A DNA stretch of 64,000 nt from Octopus sinensis (taxonomy: Eukaryota), in contig NC_043002.1 in the NCBI RefSeq assembly GCF_006345805.1, positions 75,888,001 through 75,952,000 of the forward strand, in the 5' to 3' direction. The notes below the pieces were generated by a model, which saw only the letters and a list, made by a program, of their open reading frames with translations, was not told the DNA's origin and did not search any database. This document shows, one piece after another, positions 1 to 13,996 of this stretch; position 1 is the first letter of the stretch; the number at the start of each line of letters is the position of its first letter. Both the position numbers and the translations under genes were made by a program.

Positions 1-33
1 ATATATACACATACATACACACACACACACACA

Positions 34-106
<73 letters not shown>

Positions 107-774
107 TATATATATTGTAGTAAGAAAGGTAAACAATTAGTGAAGGCAGCAATAAGGTATTTAAATTCATTTAATTCATTCCAAAATAGTAAAATAGTAC
201 AGGACTGGTAGAAATAGTAGAGAAAATCTCTGAGAGCTTTTTCTGGGATATCCCGGTTATTGGATCATCGTATCGATTGAAGACTTTATAAACCGAGTAC
301 TCCGTCATCGGAGAAATGTACGAAGAAATGTATGATAGACAGTGGAAAGAAAGCTCTTCTTGAATGCGGTTCATTATAATTCATTATGTTCAGGAGGGTA
401 GGGTTCAGTTAAATCGATTTGAATGTATACATCCTTATGTAAAACCTTAGGTGAATCTATTATCAAATGTGTGGTTAGTTAGTGTATCAAGTGTATCAAG
501 GTGAAAAAAGGAAAAGAAACTGCAATCTGTTGAAAAGTCGCGTGAATAACGAGAGTATGAAGTAAAGCGTTCTAGTATAAGAGAAAGAAAAAGATAGATA
601 GATATAAGCATTATATTAGATATATAGTGTTCTGTACATTATAGGGTGTTTAGTCCTGAGCGAGGAGACGGGAAAGGAATTTATAGATAATACATTCTGA
701 TATGAGAAAGATAAGTAGTTCTATATAGTGAGGTTTATTACGTCACGGGATCATTAGAGAGAGAGTGAGAGAGA

Positions 775-806
<32 letters not shown>

Positions 807-2146
807 AAGAGAGAGAGAGTGGGAGAGAGAGGATGGGGTAAGGCTAGCTGATTGACATTCCCATTCAAAGAAGATGGGTGTGGGTGAATGTAAAAACCGA
901 CAGATAAGAGAGGGGATGAAACAGGGCAGATGCCAGATTTCAGGTCTAAGGTCTCAAAACGAGGGTGAGAATTGTGGATAAAAAAGTGGACATAAGAAAG
1001 ATAATAGAGAAGTGTAGATATGGGTGATAAAATCTTAATGGGATGGATATGTATTGTGTAGTAGCCACTAATGAAATCTTAGTTTTGCGTCATCAGAGAA
1101 ATTTAGGTTAGATAGTGGAGCAAGTTCCTCATCAATGATATATGTTGTGGTTGGATAGTTGGAGGGTCCAATTAGGAGGATTGGAGGGTCCGCTTAAATC
1201 CAGTTAGATCAGGTTTTTAGGTAAATAAATCCATGATCAAAAAGAATAGTTAAGTGGTACAGCATGGTGAGATGAAGGAGGGAAAGAATTGTTTCGCAGT
1301 GCTCCATATTGAGTGAAAAGGAAAATGAATGCTAGTATATCTAAAGTTGTGTATGGAATAAAGATACATTCTGGTGAGCCTATTTGAGCACCCAGAACGC
1401 ATACCTAGTAGTTTGAGACGTCCCGACGAAAGCCCCTCAAATCCTCTCTCCTTATGTATATAAGATCAAAAACCCAAATAAGGTAGCTTGTTCATAGTAA
1501 TGTATAATAAATTTGCTAAAACAAAAAGTGGACAAAACGTCAGAAACTGGTGTTTCTTGTTCATTCCATGTTCCATGAGCTAAGCTCGCTCTCTGCAGAT
1601 CGTATGGGAACTGATAATCACCGTAGAAACTAGTCTAAATGTTCTCCGTTACTCTGAACCCTGAGTCACATGGCTTAACATTGGGTCGGTGAGCACAACG
1701 AGCTTAAAGACATGTTTATTAAACATTGCCACGTAAATCTATTCAGAAACTTTTGAATTTAGTGTTGTATGTATACATATATATACGAATGTTCATATTA
1801 GGGACACTGTGTTGGTGTGTGATAGAGAGAAGAGTAGAGTGTACAATTAATGGTGCAACTATATATAAAGTGAAAATAAAAATGGATAAAATGTAGGACC
1901 TAATTTTATGTCAAAATTATATTTACTGTTTATTTCTAATTAATACATTATTAAATCACAGAAGATCATTAATATTTAAAAGTAAACTCAACGACAATGC
2001 ACTTTAAGTTTCATTACCTTACTTGATACATACAGACATACATACATACTTTATACATACATACAGACATATGTATATATATATATATATAAACATATAT
2101 ACAAATGTATAAATATATATGCATAAATATATATATACATATATTT

Positions 2147-2550
2147 AGTGACTGTGTGGTAAGTAGCTTGCTTACCAACCACATGGTTCCGGGTTCAGTC
2201 CCACTGCGTGGCACCTTGGGCAAGTGTCTTTTACTATAGTCTCAGGCCGACCAAAGCCTTGTGAGTGGATTTGGTAAACGGAAACTAAAAGAAGCCCGGC
2301 GTATATATGTATATATATGCGTGTGTGTATTTGTGTTTCTGTGTTTGTACCTCCACCCCACCGAACATCGCTTGACATGCAATGCTGGTGTGTTTACGTC
2401 CCCGTAACCTAGCGGTTCAGCAAAAAGTGACCTATAAAATAAGTACTAGGCTTACAAAGAATAAGTCCTGGGATCGATTTGCTCGACAAAAAGGTGGTGC
2501 TCCAGTATGGCCGCAGTCAAATGACTGAAACAAGTAAAAGAATAAAAGAA
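2147..2550 (+). mobile_element. tRNA-derived SINE family A
   Basis: Head TGGCTGTGTGGTAAG...GGTTCAGTCCC (A/B box-like), internal (TA/TG)n, and tail ...GACTGAAACAAGTAAAAGAATAAAAG. Many copies in the window. Confidence 0.85.
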
Positions 2551-2798
2551 TATATATATGCATATTGTAGTTTTTCTGACAGTGGTAGTTTAGTTGAACC
2601 CTTGGCGTTAAAGAACCGCTAATGAGGATTAAGATGGCCGACTTCAAAATCCGAAATAGCGATCCGGCTATGTACGCTGGGGAGTTATCTCTCTTTGTCA
2701 GTCAAGACAGTGTGCTTGTGGTTTTGAATCAGATTAACTCTTATCTTTAGCAAAAGTGGTGCAAGGCGGTACCAATATAATATACATATATATTATAT

Positions 2799-3200
2799 AG
2801 GCACAGGAGTGGCTGTGTGGTAAGTAGCTTATTTACCAACCACATGGTTCCGGGTTCAGTCCCACTGCGTGGCATCTTGGGCAAGTGTCATCTACTATAG
2901 CCTCGGGCCGACCAAAGCCTTGTGAGTGGATTTGATAGACGGAAACTGAAAGAAGCCCGTCGTATATATGTATATATATGCGTGTGTGTGTTTGTGTGTC
3001 TGTGTTTGTCCCCCTAGCATTGCTTGACAACCGGTGCTGTTGTGTTTATGTCCCCGTTACTTAGCGGTTCGGCAAAAGAGACCGATAGAATAAGTACTGG
3101 GCTTACAAAAGAATAAGTTCCGGGGTCGAGTTGCTCGATTAAAGGCGGTGCTCCAGCATGGCCGCAGTCAAATGACTGAAACAAGTAAAAGAATAAAAGA
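2799..3200 (+). mobile_element. tRNA-derived SINE family A, full length
   Basis: Near-identical to 2147-2550. Confidence 0.9.
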
Positions 3201-3216
3201 GAGAGAGAAAATATTG

Positions 3217-3258
<42 letters not shown>

Positions 3259-3589
3259 ATATATCTATCTATATATATATATGTATATATATCAAATAAT
3301 ACAATAATTATATACATAATTATAACAATCTATCTATCTATCTATCTATCTATACACACACACACACACACACACACAAATACGCATTTTTGTGCATATA
3401 TCTATACAATTTTATACACCTACGCTAATATAAAATATATATGTATACATATATATAAATATTTACATTCATGTATACATAGACACACATATTCATTATG
3501 TAATAATTAACAACAAACCACGCGTGTAACAACAAAAGAGCTACAACTGAATACCATTAAAATAGAAATATATACATATATGAACAGGG

Positions 3590-3689
3590 ATAGATAGACA
3601 GACATCGTGGCAGATAGACAGGTATATATATTTATACATACATGCACACACAGACAGATAGATATATAGATAAATAGATAAATAGATAA

Positions 3690-3738
<49 letters not shown>

Positions 3739-3776
3739 AGATAGATGGATAGATAGATAGATAGATAGATAGATAG

Positions 3777-3828
<52 letters not shown>

Positions 3829-3848
3829 AGATGATAGATAGATAGATA

Positions 3849-3940
<92 letters not shown>
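3590..3940. repeat. (GATA)n microsatellite
   Basis: Seen directly. Confidence 0.95.
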
Positions 3941-3941
<1 letters not shown>

Positions 3942-4333
3942 TCGCAAGATATAAAGAAGAAACACTGCTTTGTCAGTAATCAGTAAAATTATAACAGAAA
4001 TAAACCGTAAAACAATGTTTACAAAATCCTAAGATCAAAAGTGTTCATTATAGCTACACCACGTATTATATTTATTATTAGACACCAAAAGCTATTAAGG
4101 ATTTATGATCAAGTTAATGTGAATTGTACAATGTTCAGTTAAGCATTTTATTTACGTCAATACAGTACGGAGGCAAAGGATTCACTCCACTGAAGTCTAT
4201 ATGCTATGATATTAATTTACTTCTCTAAAATAGGATGGTTCTGCAGCATGAAACCGTTCGGTAACTTAAATAGGCTGTGATGACAATTTAGTTGCAATAT
4301 TATATATACATATATAGATATATAAGAAGGGTT

Positions 4334-4381
<48 letters not shown>

Positions 4382-4835
4382 AATAAAAAATGGAGTTAAC
4401 GCAGGTTTAAACAAGTATTTTTACTTTCTACATATGTTTCGAAAATTCCACTGATACTATTCAAAAGAATAAAAGGTATAAACAATGCAATCTTCTCTTC
4501 GGGAAAGTGAAAAACGAAACTCGTCAATACGACATTTTAGCAAAAAATGATGGATTCGTATAGCGATAGACAGAACGCTATTAATATTGTTTAAAAAAAC
4601 GTTATATGATATAACGTCATAAGTAGCTAACAGAAGAGTAGGGATATTAATAGTGAATGTTAATATAAAGGAAATTAAAGTTTAAACTATATATAATGAT
4701 AGAGACTACTTATATGCACTAAAAGTATGTTTCTGCCAATGCTTACATCTGTATGCTCGTTCTATAACCGTGTTTACTAGAGTATTTTTAGAAAAAATTT
4801 ATCCGTGTTAATTGTTGACAAGGTAAAATACACTC

Positions 4836-4931
<96 letters not shown>

Positions 4932-5053
4932 AAGGGTTTAGGTCACTAATGATCTAAACCAATAGATAAGCTGCGTAAGTGCTATTGTCAACACGAGCAT
5001 TATATGCTTAACAAACAAACATTTTAGCATCCAATATACATTTAATGCAAATG

Positions 5054-5314
5054 CTACAAACAACACGTTACATGCGATCGCCAGTACATGTTCCCAACAC
5101 GTCTTTTCGTACACGTAACATGCCTCTTTTTACATAGTTTTCTTTTGGGTATAACACGATTTTCTTGAAGGTACAACACAGTAATTTTCTCTGTTTTCAA
5201 TGTTTCCATAACAGAAGCGAAGTTACTGGAGTTTGCTTTCATATTTACACAGAACACAGAACATAGCGTCAAATTTGTCAACACATGCTTCCTCGCAGAT
5301 AAAAGACTTTTCAA
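5054..5314 (-). pseudogene. Possible ISXO2/Merlin-like transposase N-terminal relic
   Basis: YLQENRVIPKRKLCKKRH...MYWRS resembles the zinc-ribbon region of these transposases. No catalytic domain seen. Confidence 0.3.
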
Positions 5315-5609
5315 AGACTACTGTCAGCACGAGCTTCCTCACAGATAAAAGTCTTCAAAGATTGTTACTATGGCAACAGGCACGCTGCCAAAAATGTTCT
5401 CATGTTCTGCTTCTTACTATCGAAACAGGCATGAATATGCCTGTGGCTTACGATTGGCTAAAATTAACAAAGTTTTCAAACATTAATTAATAATGACTTT
5501 ATGTATTGACTTATAGCGAAAATTACCTTCACGTCATTAATTAGCCTATAAAAGTGTATCATTACACTGAATATGAAATCAATTCGAACAGAATTGATGC
5601 TGGCAGCCA

Positions 5610-6560
5610 AACTGACAAGATCACATAGAGATAATCTTTCTATGGTCAATAGGACATTTTATATCACGACGACAACATCACATTTTGCATATGACTGTGT
5701 ATCTGTCTGTGACTGTATGTATGTAATTCTATGACTGTTTATATGTCTCATAATGCGTGTGTCTTTCCGCGTTGGGTACGCTATCAAACACACACACATC
5801 TACACTTATATATATATGTAACGGGATGTTATTAAAGACACACACATCGGCACATACATATACATATGAGACGACTGACGACGACGTTACATTTTCTACA
5901 TGACTGTATCTGTCTCTAAACGCATGTGTGTGAGTGTATTAGGGTGTATATGTTTCAGTGTTAGTGTCGTTCCTCGTTAGATACGTTATTAAACATACTA
6001 TATGTATGTGAGGGTTGGTCAGCGTCAATACGAAAATTTATTTCCATTTTGATTATTTTCATTTCATTTCATTTCCATTAAAACAATATTACCTTTCATA
6101 GTGATAACTTTTCTATTGTCAACAGGACATTTTATAGCACGACGACAACGGCATTACATTTTGTATATGTATGTTTAATAACGTACCTACCACGAAAAGA
6201 CACACACACTATGAGACATACACACACATTACACTTACACACACTTACACACATGTGTGTAAGTGTATGAGTGTGTATATGTCTCATAGTGTGTGTGCCT
6301 TTCCGCGGTAAGTACGTTTTAAAACATGCACACATCTACACATATATATACATATGTAACGGCTTAATGCATGAATGTGTGTCTCTGTGTGACTATCTTA
6401 GTATATGTATGTGAGTGTATGTCAGGAACATTTTATACGACGACGACGACGTCACATTTTTTATATGAGTATATACCTATCTGTATATGAGTGTGTATGT
6501 GTCTGTGAGTGTGTGTGTTACCACTTTAGGTACGTTATTAAACACACACACTGGCATGCC
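5610..6560. repeat. Degenerate tandem repeat (4 units of ~220-300 bp)
   Basis: Recurring GGACATTTTATA..ACGACGAC...CACATTTT and GTACGTT.TTAAACA at ~5652, 5870, 6124 and 6424. Confidence 0.65.
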
Positions 6561-7381
6561 TTAATGTGTATATGTGAGTGCTAGAGGTGAAACTCTTGAA
6601 AAAAAAAGGAACGAGGTGGCAAGGACCAAGGTATATATAAAAATACACATTTACTGTTCTATTGCCAGTTAATAATTATCGCAGCAGTTGCAAGGTTGCA
6701 AGTTATCTACAATTACATATTTACCCTTACAATAAAAAATTTATCCTACATATATATAATTCTTTGTCTCTCTGTAATAATTATTGTGGCATATACAGTT
6801 AAATTAGCAGTTCCATACATATGCTTCTGTTTCGTTCATTTGCTTATATTTCGTCAATTTACACTGCATACAAAAATACAGACATACTATATTACATACC
6901 ACACGGTAAGCCATTATGTCTTATATGTTGAACTAATTAATTGCTACATATTCTCATGTGTCTGTGTAGGCTCCCTTTATGTTTCTTATTCTACAGCCAC
7001 ACCAGCAATCCAGTGTCAAGCCTTCGCCTTCTGCAAAATTTTAACAGTTCACTTCTCCGTTGCGGTCTCCATTGCAGCTCATTTCCGGAATGTGTCCATT
7101 TACATGCAATATTTTCATTATACCTTCATTCATTTGACTGTCAACCATACAATGGGTCGTGTTAGACGCAGCGCCGATCGCCTCAAAGGCGAGTATGTCC
7201 ACTGACAGCTTTTCGGCGGGTTAAAAAATTACATACCCACCACTTCCAATTTTCCATGATAGGTTAGGGCCTGGAATCCTCCAAACGGACGAATTACATG
7301 TCACTTAGTCGAATTATGCCATCATTTAGTCTACAAATGTTTTGTCTTTAATGCCGCATTTTCCCGTATCAACATAACTGT

Positions 7382-7417
<36 letters not shown>

Positions 7418-8084
7418 AACTATACCCTTTTAATCCCGAGCAACGCTGGGTATCTCTGCAAGTATAATATAAAATTTGTCCTCGGCGAAATTTAAATGAG
7501 AAAACTTACTGACTACCGAAAATCATCAAAAAATGTTTACTCAGCTCATTGAAGCTCTGTTATCACCATCGCATTATAATCAATGATAATATGAATGATA
7601 AATAAATGTAACGGAAGTTTTTATGTAGACAAAAAAGAATTAAAATAATAATAAAATTAAAATAAAGAATAAAATAAAACAAATCCATTCAGGTGTTCGA
7701 TGTCTTTAAGTTTTGGTCAACTGTAGATACACGATGTCTATGCAACACATATTAAGCGATTGAAAAAGGGCTTTTAAGATTCACAATAAAAATGAAAATT
7801 GTAAGTTATTATATTGTGAGTTGATATATTGTGAGTTAAATTGCAATGTAAAATAACGATCAAATGGCTCAAAAAGTTGCATTTAAAAGTAACGGTTACA
7901 AAATGACAATGAAGATAAAATAAAAATAAAATGATAATAAAAGTTTGTAAACAGTCGGTTTTCTTGAAGCTGGAAGAAAGTAAAATGTAAAATGTAAATG
8001 CGATAAATGAACAATGAATATTATACAAAATGGCGCCTGCTTTTAGGAGGCAAAGCAAAATTCAAAAGCGAACGTCAAGTATAA

Positions 8085-8340
8085 TTATCCGTATGGTATT
8101 TTATCGCTTGGCATTTTATACCTCGTAGCGTGTCTGCAGGAATTCAAAAGCTCCCGTCTTTGGTTCAATGCATATATATCCTGGAACAGGATGAAGAGAT
8201 TTTCAGCCAGACACAAATTGCACCTCATAGGGCGTCTATATACTCCATGCTTATATGGAGCAGCTCCCTCCAAGATCGCCCTGTTGATATTGAAAGGACG
8301 GGTATCATTGTCTTTAAAATTCCAGACATATTTGGTATGT
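8085..8340 (-). mobile_element. Penelope-like element endonuclease C-terminal relic
   Basis: WNFKD...ILEGAAPYK...RCNLCLAENLFIL...LNQRRELLNSCRH matches the C.LCL.EK...LN.R.EL...CRH tail typical of Penelope-type GIY-YIG domains. Confidence 0.7.
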
Positions 8341-8936
8341 ATAAGCGTTTGTACGTTTAGTGTACATATGTACGTTTATGTTTTAGTGTGTATATGTATA
8401 AGTACAGTGTATTTAATATTAGGCCGTTAGATTTGTGTAAGTGAATATTATTATAAACAGACTTACATTTATTTTTAAGTAAACTTATTTTACCATTAAT
8501 TAATTTAATTCTGGGTATATAGATTTTCTTCATTCTAAGTACAATTACTTTTGAAATTTTGATTTTTCTTCGATTTTAAATCATATGGTTTTTAAACCTA
8601 TCACCATTCATTAGAAAAGCCGTTAGCTGAAAGGACCATTGAAAAGAAACCAATTTCAAATGTGTATCTGTCAAAGTAAATTGTATATGTTATATATACA
8701 AACGTAATTTTGTTGTGTCTGGGGAAAGTCATTTTCTTCTTGTGCCTTATAATTTAAAACACTCACCGGTAAAATTTCCACTTATTATTTTTATTTTCCT
8801 AAAATTTTCATTGCGTCTTGCAAACTTTTCAATAGTCTTGACTCTCAACAGAATATGCTTCAATACAGGAACCCATATAAAGAATCTTGCAAACCAAATC
8901 CAAAAACGAAACTTAATTTTGTTCCATTCTTAATCC

Positions 8937-8981
8937 AAATTATCCGACGAACGGGTACGTGAAACTCTGAGTAGTAAATTT
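8937..8981 (+). ncRNA. Minimal hammerhead-like motif with variant core CCGACGA
   Basis: aaattat-CCGACGA-ACG(ggta)CGU-GAAA-C(ucuga)GUA-gtaaattt. Stem III ACUCUGAGU is near-palindromic; stem I has one bulge. It lies in a segment that ends at (TA)n at ~9095. Confidence 0.65.
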
Positions 8982-9092
8982 TTGTGATATTTTTGTGATG
9001 TTTTTGCAGTTTTAATAATAATAAAGCGTATTACTCTACGGTATTCGAGTACTATTTTTCCCACCTTATTTCACATTTATGTGCTTACTTTG

Positions 9093-9178
<86 letters not shown>

Positions 9179-9535
9179 TGTGTGTGTGTCTATGTGTCTA
9201 TGTATGTATATATTTATGTACAGGTGTATATGTGTGTATCCGCTTATGTGTATATGCATAAATACGCAAACATTCATATATGTGTGTATATACCTATACA
9301 TGTATGTATGTATGCATGTATGTATGTATATATATATATATTTATATATACATATATTATATAAAATCCGTTCTGACTGTGTGTCTGTCTGTCTTCTGTC
9401 ACAACCTGGGACCTTGAAGACTGCTTTAATGCAAGAAAGTATACTAGTCCCTTAATATTTGATATTCAATATTTCATCTATTCAATAAGACAATCAATAC
9501 TTCATTTCATTATACTATATATACTTTTTATACTA

Positions 9536-10255
9536 TCTTTATATATATAAAACTGAGAATGTGTGTGTGTGTGTGTGTCTGTCTGTGTGTTTCCCTAAAA
9601 CTTGAGAACTACACAACCAATTTCATTCAAATTTTACATATGCCTTACTTAGGGTCCGGGGAGTGTCATCGGCAAAAAAAAATGTTCAACTTCTTGCCTA
9701 GAGCGAGCCCATAGCAATATCATATCTTCTCCCCTATTTCAGTATTACGTGTTAAAAGTGAAACAAAAATATTTCTCTATTTTATGTCAGATGCTTTCAC
9801 TTTAACAATAAAAATAATAATAATATTTGAATTATACGTAGTAAGTAATAATTAAAATCAAACTAAAGTATAATATAAGTAAAAATAGCAATTGGTATAA
9901 AATTGCATCAATGATTTGAACTTGAATAAGTGGTGTCACATGAATAGGAATTAGATTAAAATTAAAATGAGCGTGCAGAAATGGAATAGTCCAGATGGAT
10001 AATAAAAAATTAAATTAAAGAAAAGACTATTGTCTATAAAGTATACAATGTAGAGAAAAAAGAAGAGTTAACAATTCCAGTCTGTTATATATTTTGAGTA
10101 TTGTTATCACTAGCGGTATCAAGATATAACTTTGTATTTTGCATTTTATGTGTAGATGTATATACATAGATGTACATGTAATATGTACACATATATATAC
10201 ACATATATACATGCACTAGCACTATGACCCGCCAACGACGGGTCTTTAATGCTAG
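9536..10255 (+). mobile_element. Non-autonomous Helitron-like element
   Basis: A|TC...TATATATAAAA start, subterminal hairpin GACCCG/CGGGTC at 10226-44, and CTAG|T end. Confidence 0.65.
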
Positions 10256-12468
10256 TATGTATATAAAACTGAGAATGCGTGCCTGTCTGTCTGTCTGTCT
10301 GTGTGTTTCCCTAAAACTTGAGAACTACATAGCCAATTTCATTCAAATTTTACAAATGCCTTACTTAAGGTCCGGGGAGTGTCATCGGCCAAAAATCTTA
10401 ACTTTTTCCCTAGGGCGACCCCACAGCAATATCATATCTTCTCCACTATTTCAGTATTACGTGTTAAAAGTGAAGCAAAAACATCTCTCTTTTGTAATGC
10501 AGACACTTTCACTATTAAAGTGAAAGTATTATATAACAGGGATGTACCATTAACAATGGTCATCCATTTTGCTAGAAGAAGATCCGCTATGGTCTTATAT
10601 GCTACACCACTGGTTTTCAATTCATATTAATCAAATTGATATTCAATTTTTCACCCTTGTTATGTGTGTGCGTGTGTGGGTGTGTGTGTATTAGCAATTC
10701 GTATAAAATTGCATCAATGACTTGAACTTGAATAAGTGGTTTCACATAAATGGGGATAAATTAAAAGAGGTTTGTTGTTATCATTATTACTGTTTGACTA
10801 TTATAATTACGTTTGTTGGTTCCTCGTCAGGGAAACGTTGTTGTGTTGCATTTGTTAAATAATTGTAAACCGTAACCCTCCCCGGGAAATTGACAATATT
10901 TTCATCGTCTTTATGGAAGCATTTTTTTAAAATGCCTTCGGTAGAAGAAAGTCCAAAAATGAATTTCGCTGCAGCCGTACACTTCTATACAAGAGGGAGG
11001 ACAAGATCCAATTGATCGAAATTGCAAGAGACGGGCCTACAATTCCAGTCTGTTATATATTTTGAGTATTGTTATCACTAGCGATATCAAGATATAACTT
11101 TGTATTTTGTATTTTATGTATATAGATGTACATGTAATATGTACACATATATATACATATATACACATGCATAATATATCTACCCATACACACATACGCA
11201 CACACACACACATCATTGAATTGTGTCAAAAGGGTGGGGCTATTGTCTAATTATGGAAAACAACAGTGATTCAAAAATTTTTGAAAAATTTTTTGATAAT
11301 TCTCCCCAAAAATTTTTGAAAAACTTTTTGAAAATTTCCCCCAAAAATTAAAAAAAAATTTTTGAAAATTTTCTCAAAAATTTTTTGAAAAGTTTCCTCA
11401 AAAATATTTCAAAAATTTTTGAAAATCTTTTCAAAATTTTCCCCAAAAATTAAAAAAAATTCTTTTGAAAATTTTCCCCAAAAGCTTTGAAAAATTTTTG
11501 AAAATTTTCCCCCAAAATTTTTCGAAAATTTTCCCGAAAAACTTTTGAAAAATTTTTGAAAATTTTCCCCAAAATCTTTTGAAAAATTTGTGGAAAATTT
11601 TCCCCAAAAAATTTTGAAAAATCTTTTGAAAATTTCTCAAAACTTTTGAAAAATTGTTTGAAAATTTTCCCTAAAAACTTTTGAAAAATTTAAAAAAAAA
11701 TTTTCTCCAAAAACTTTTGAAAAATTTGTGGAAAATTTTCCCCCAAAATTTTTTTTTAATTTTTGAAAAATTTTGAAAGACACTATATTTTATAATCATA
11801 GTATATATACTTTCTCACACAACAATTACAATATATTTATTTTAAATCATTTATTTATTTTAAATCGTTCATCTTTCTCCCCCCTCTCTTCCACACACAT
11901 TACTTTGGGTGCGAAAGAGTTTTGCTTTTATCTTACGCCGAGTAAAGAAGTGTTTTGTTGACAATCCATTTATTTAACAACAAAGAAACAAAGAGGTGAG
12001 TAGCAATTTGTTAGTGCTTCCACCACACCCACTCCGTTTCACGGACCACAAAAAGGGTTTCGTAGCATATTAGGAGGCCAGAGTAGTTGATTCCACGCAA
12101 AAAAAAAACGATTATTTTTCTTAGTGAAAATCGTGCGAGTGTTAATCTACAAATTTAACATTTTTCCATTCATTTCTGTCTATGAACATGTATGCATGCA
12201 CAAAACATGCAATAGGTGTACGTACGTACATGTGTGTTCGTGTCTGTTGCCCATATATATTTATATCATATTATATTATATATATTATATTATATTATAT
12301 TATATTATATATATATATATATATATAACATATATATATAATATAACCAATTTCAACGGATTTTGCCCAAATTTGACGTCGATATTACTTAGTTTGGTTT
12401 GAAATGAAGAACTTGATTAGCTTAATAATCGTAACTTAATCCCGGGCAAGGCCGGGTTATACTGCTAG
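10256..12468 (+). mobile_element. Second, head-to-tail Helitron-like element or composite
   Basis: Repeats the 5' block (TATAAAACTGAGAATG...) and shares internal blocks with the first copy. It ends in a CCCGG/CCGGG hairpin and CTAG|T at 12465-69. Confidence 0.5.
11272..11778. repeat. A/T-tract minisatellite (variants of TTTTGAAAATTTTCCCCAAAAA)
   Basis: About 500 bp built from A4-6/T4-6 runs and the palindrome GAAAATTTTC. Confidence 0.9.
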
Positions 12469-12543
12469 TATATTCTATATTCTACATTAATATTATAAAG
12501 AATATAAATAAAACATAAAAAAAACAGAGTTGGAATTTATTTG

Positions 12544-12578
<35 letters not shown>

Positions 12579-13290
12579 GGGAAGAGGAGCTAGAGCGCAG
12601 ACGAACGTTTTTGGCGCTCCACGACCTCCTGAAAATCACATAGAACTCCAAAAGATCTATGTGTTTGAAATTTAGTTAACATTTTTTTAGGTGGACGTTT
12701 ATTAGAAAAAAAAAGATGTGCTTTAGAAAATAACGCTAGGCATTTGCAGTTAAGAGAAAGAATTATTAAGCAAAGTATTTTTATATGGCGAAATATGAGA
12801 TGCGTGACATATGAGAAACAACGACTTGGAGATATGGTTATGATGTTGACTTGGGTGGTGGGTTATGCAGCTTGCTGATGTAGAATTAAAGAGATCGTTG
12901 TACTAGAATTTAGTAACTAGAGCTAGAGAAAGAAGAGATAAGAAACCACACGTGTGTGTGAGCAAAATCTCACTGATAGTCTCCATAGTGTTTCGTTATG
13001 AACAAACTATGCGTTTCCTTTTATGATATGGTCCGAGTTTCTTTGCGTGTGTCGGAGTATTTAAATACCATCACCAGAAATATGGTTTGCTGAGTTTTGT
13101 AGAGAGTCACTAATTGATCAGGGTTGTAATATTTCTTCACCGAATGACACTTAGGGGATATATTTTCGGAAGCTGATTATGGTTTACTAATTAGAAATTA
13201 GAAACATAGACAGCTATGATGATTAACCAAGAATTAAAGTTAGATAATCCATGATACATTCCACAGCAATATTATATATTACTATTTAAA

Positions 13291-13497
13291 AGGCGGCGAG
13301 CTGGCAGAATTGTTAGCACGCCTGGCGAAATGCTTAGCGGCATTTCGCCTGTCTTTTCGTTCTGGGGTTCAAATTCTGCCGAGGTCGATTTTGCCTTTCA
13401 TCCTTTCGGGGTCGATAAAGTAAGTACCAGTTAAGCCCTAGGGTCGATGTAATTGACTTAACCTGGAACTTCAGACCATGTGCCTATAGTAGAAATG
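13291..13497 (+). mobile_element. tRNA-derived SINE family B
   Basis: GGCGGCGAGCTGGCAGAA...GTTCAAATTC (B box)...GTCGATTTTGCCTTTCATCCTTTCGGGGTCGATAA. Confidence 0.85.
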
Positions 13498-13811
13498 AAT
13501 ATATATTATTTAATCATATAAATATATTACTATTATTACAATACATATTATTATTATGTATCGTCTGTATGCTGCATCGTAATTTTTATGGCTTAGGTGT
13601 GCGAGAAACAGAAATGTAGTAATAAAATAATAATAGTATTTAACGTAGATACAAAATCACATATTTTAATACCGAGTGTAGTCGATAACATGCGCTGCCT
13701 TCACACAAAATATTGTATTCATTGCTATTTTATGGGCTGTGTTTTTGTGAATGGACAAAGTTGACACATCCATAGATCTGACACTCTGAAAGTCAAGGGA
13801 GGTAACTAGAT

Positions 13812-13996
13812 CAGTGTTCAGGAACCCTTTTTCACTTGCGGTACACATATATTCTTTTCAAAATTCGGCAGCACACCTGAGATAAATATATTACTAAAAT
13901 TATAGGGCAAAAATTATATTCAGGTTACACTGCGGCACACCTAGCATTGTCTCGCGACACACCAGTGTGCCGCAGCATACTGGTTGTGGAGCCCTG
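13812..13996. mobile_element. hAT (Charlie-like) MITE
   Basis: Ends CAGTG...CCCTG; 8-bp flanks AACTAGAT/AACTAAAT (7/8). A homologous copy is at 56028. Confidence 0.75.

Noticed and set aside
1421-1440. CCGACGA core-like motif
   Set aside because: No downstream stem II or GAAA.
6696-7205. 169-aa ORF
   Set aside because: No recognisable motif. It lies upstream of a Helitron-like 3' end (~7430-7465) and is probably repeat-derived.
12595-12645. Minus-strand degenerate hammerhead-like string
   Set aside because: Core, GAAA and stem I all require multiple corrections.
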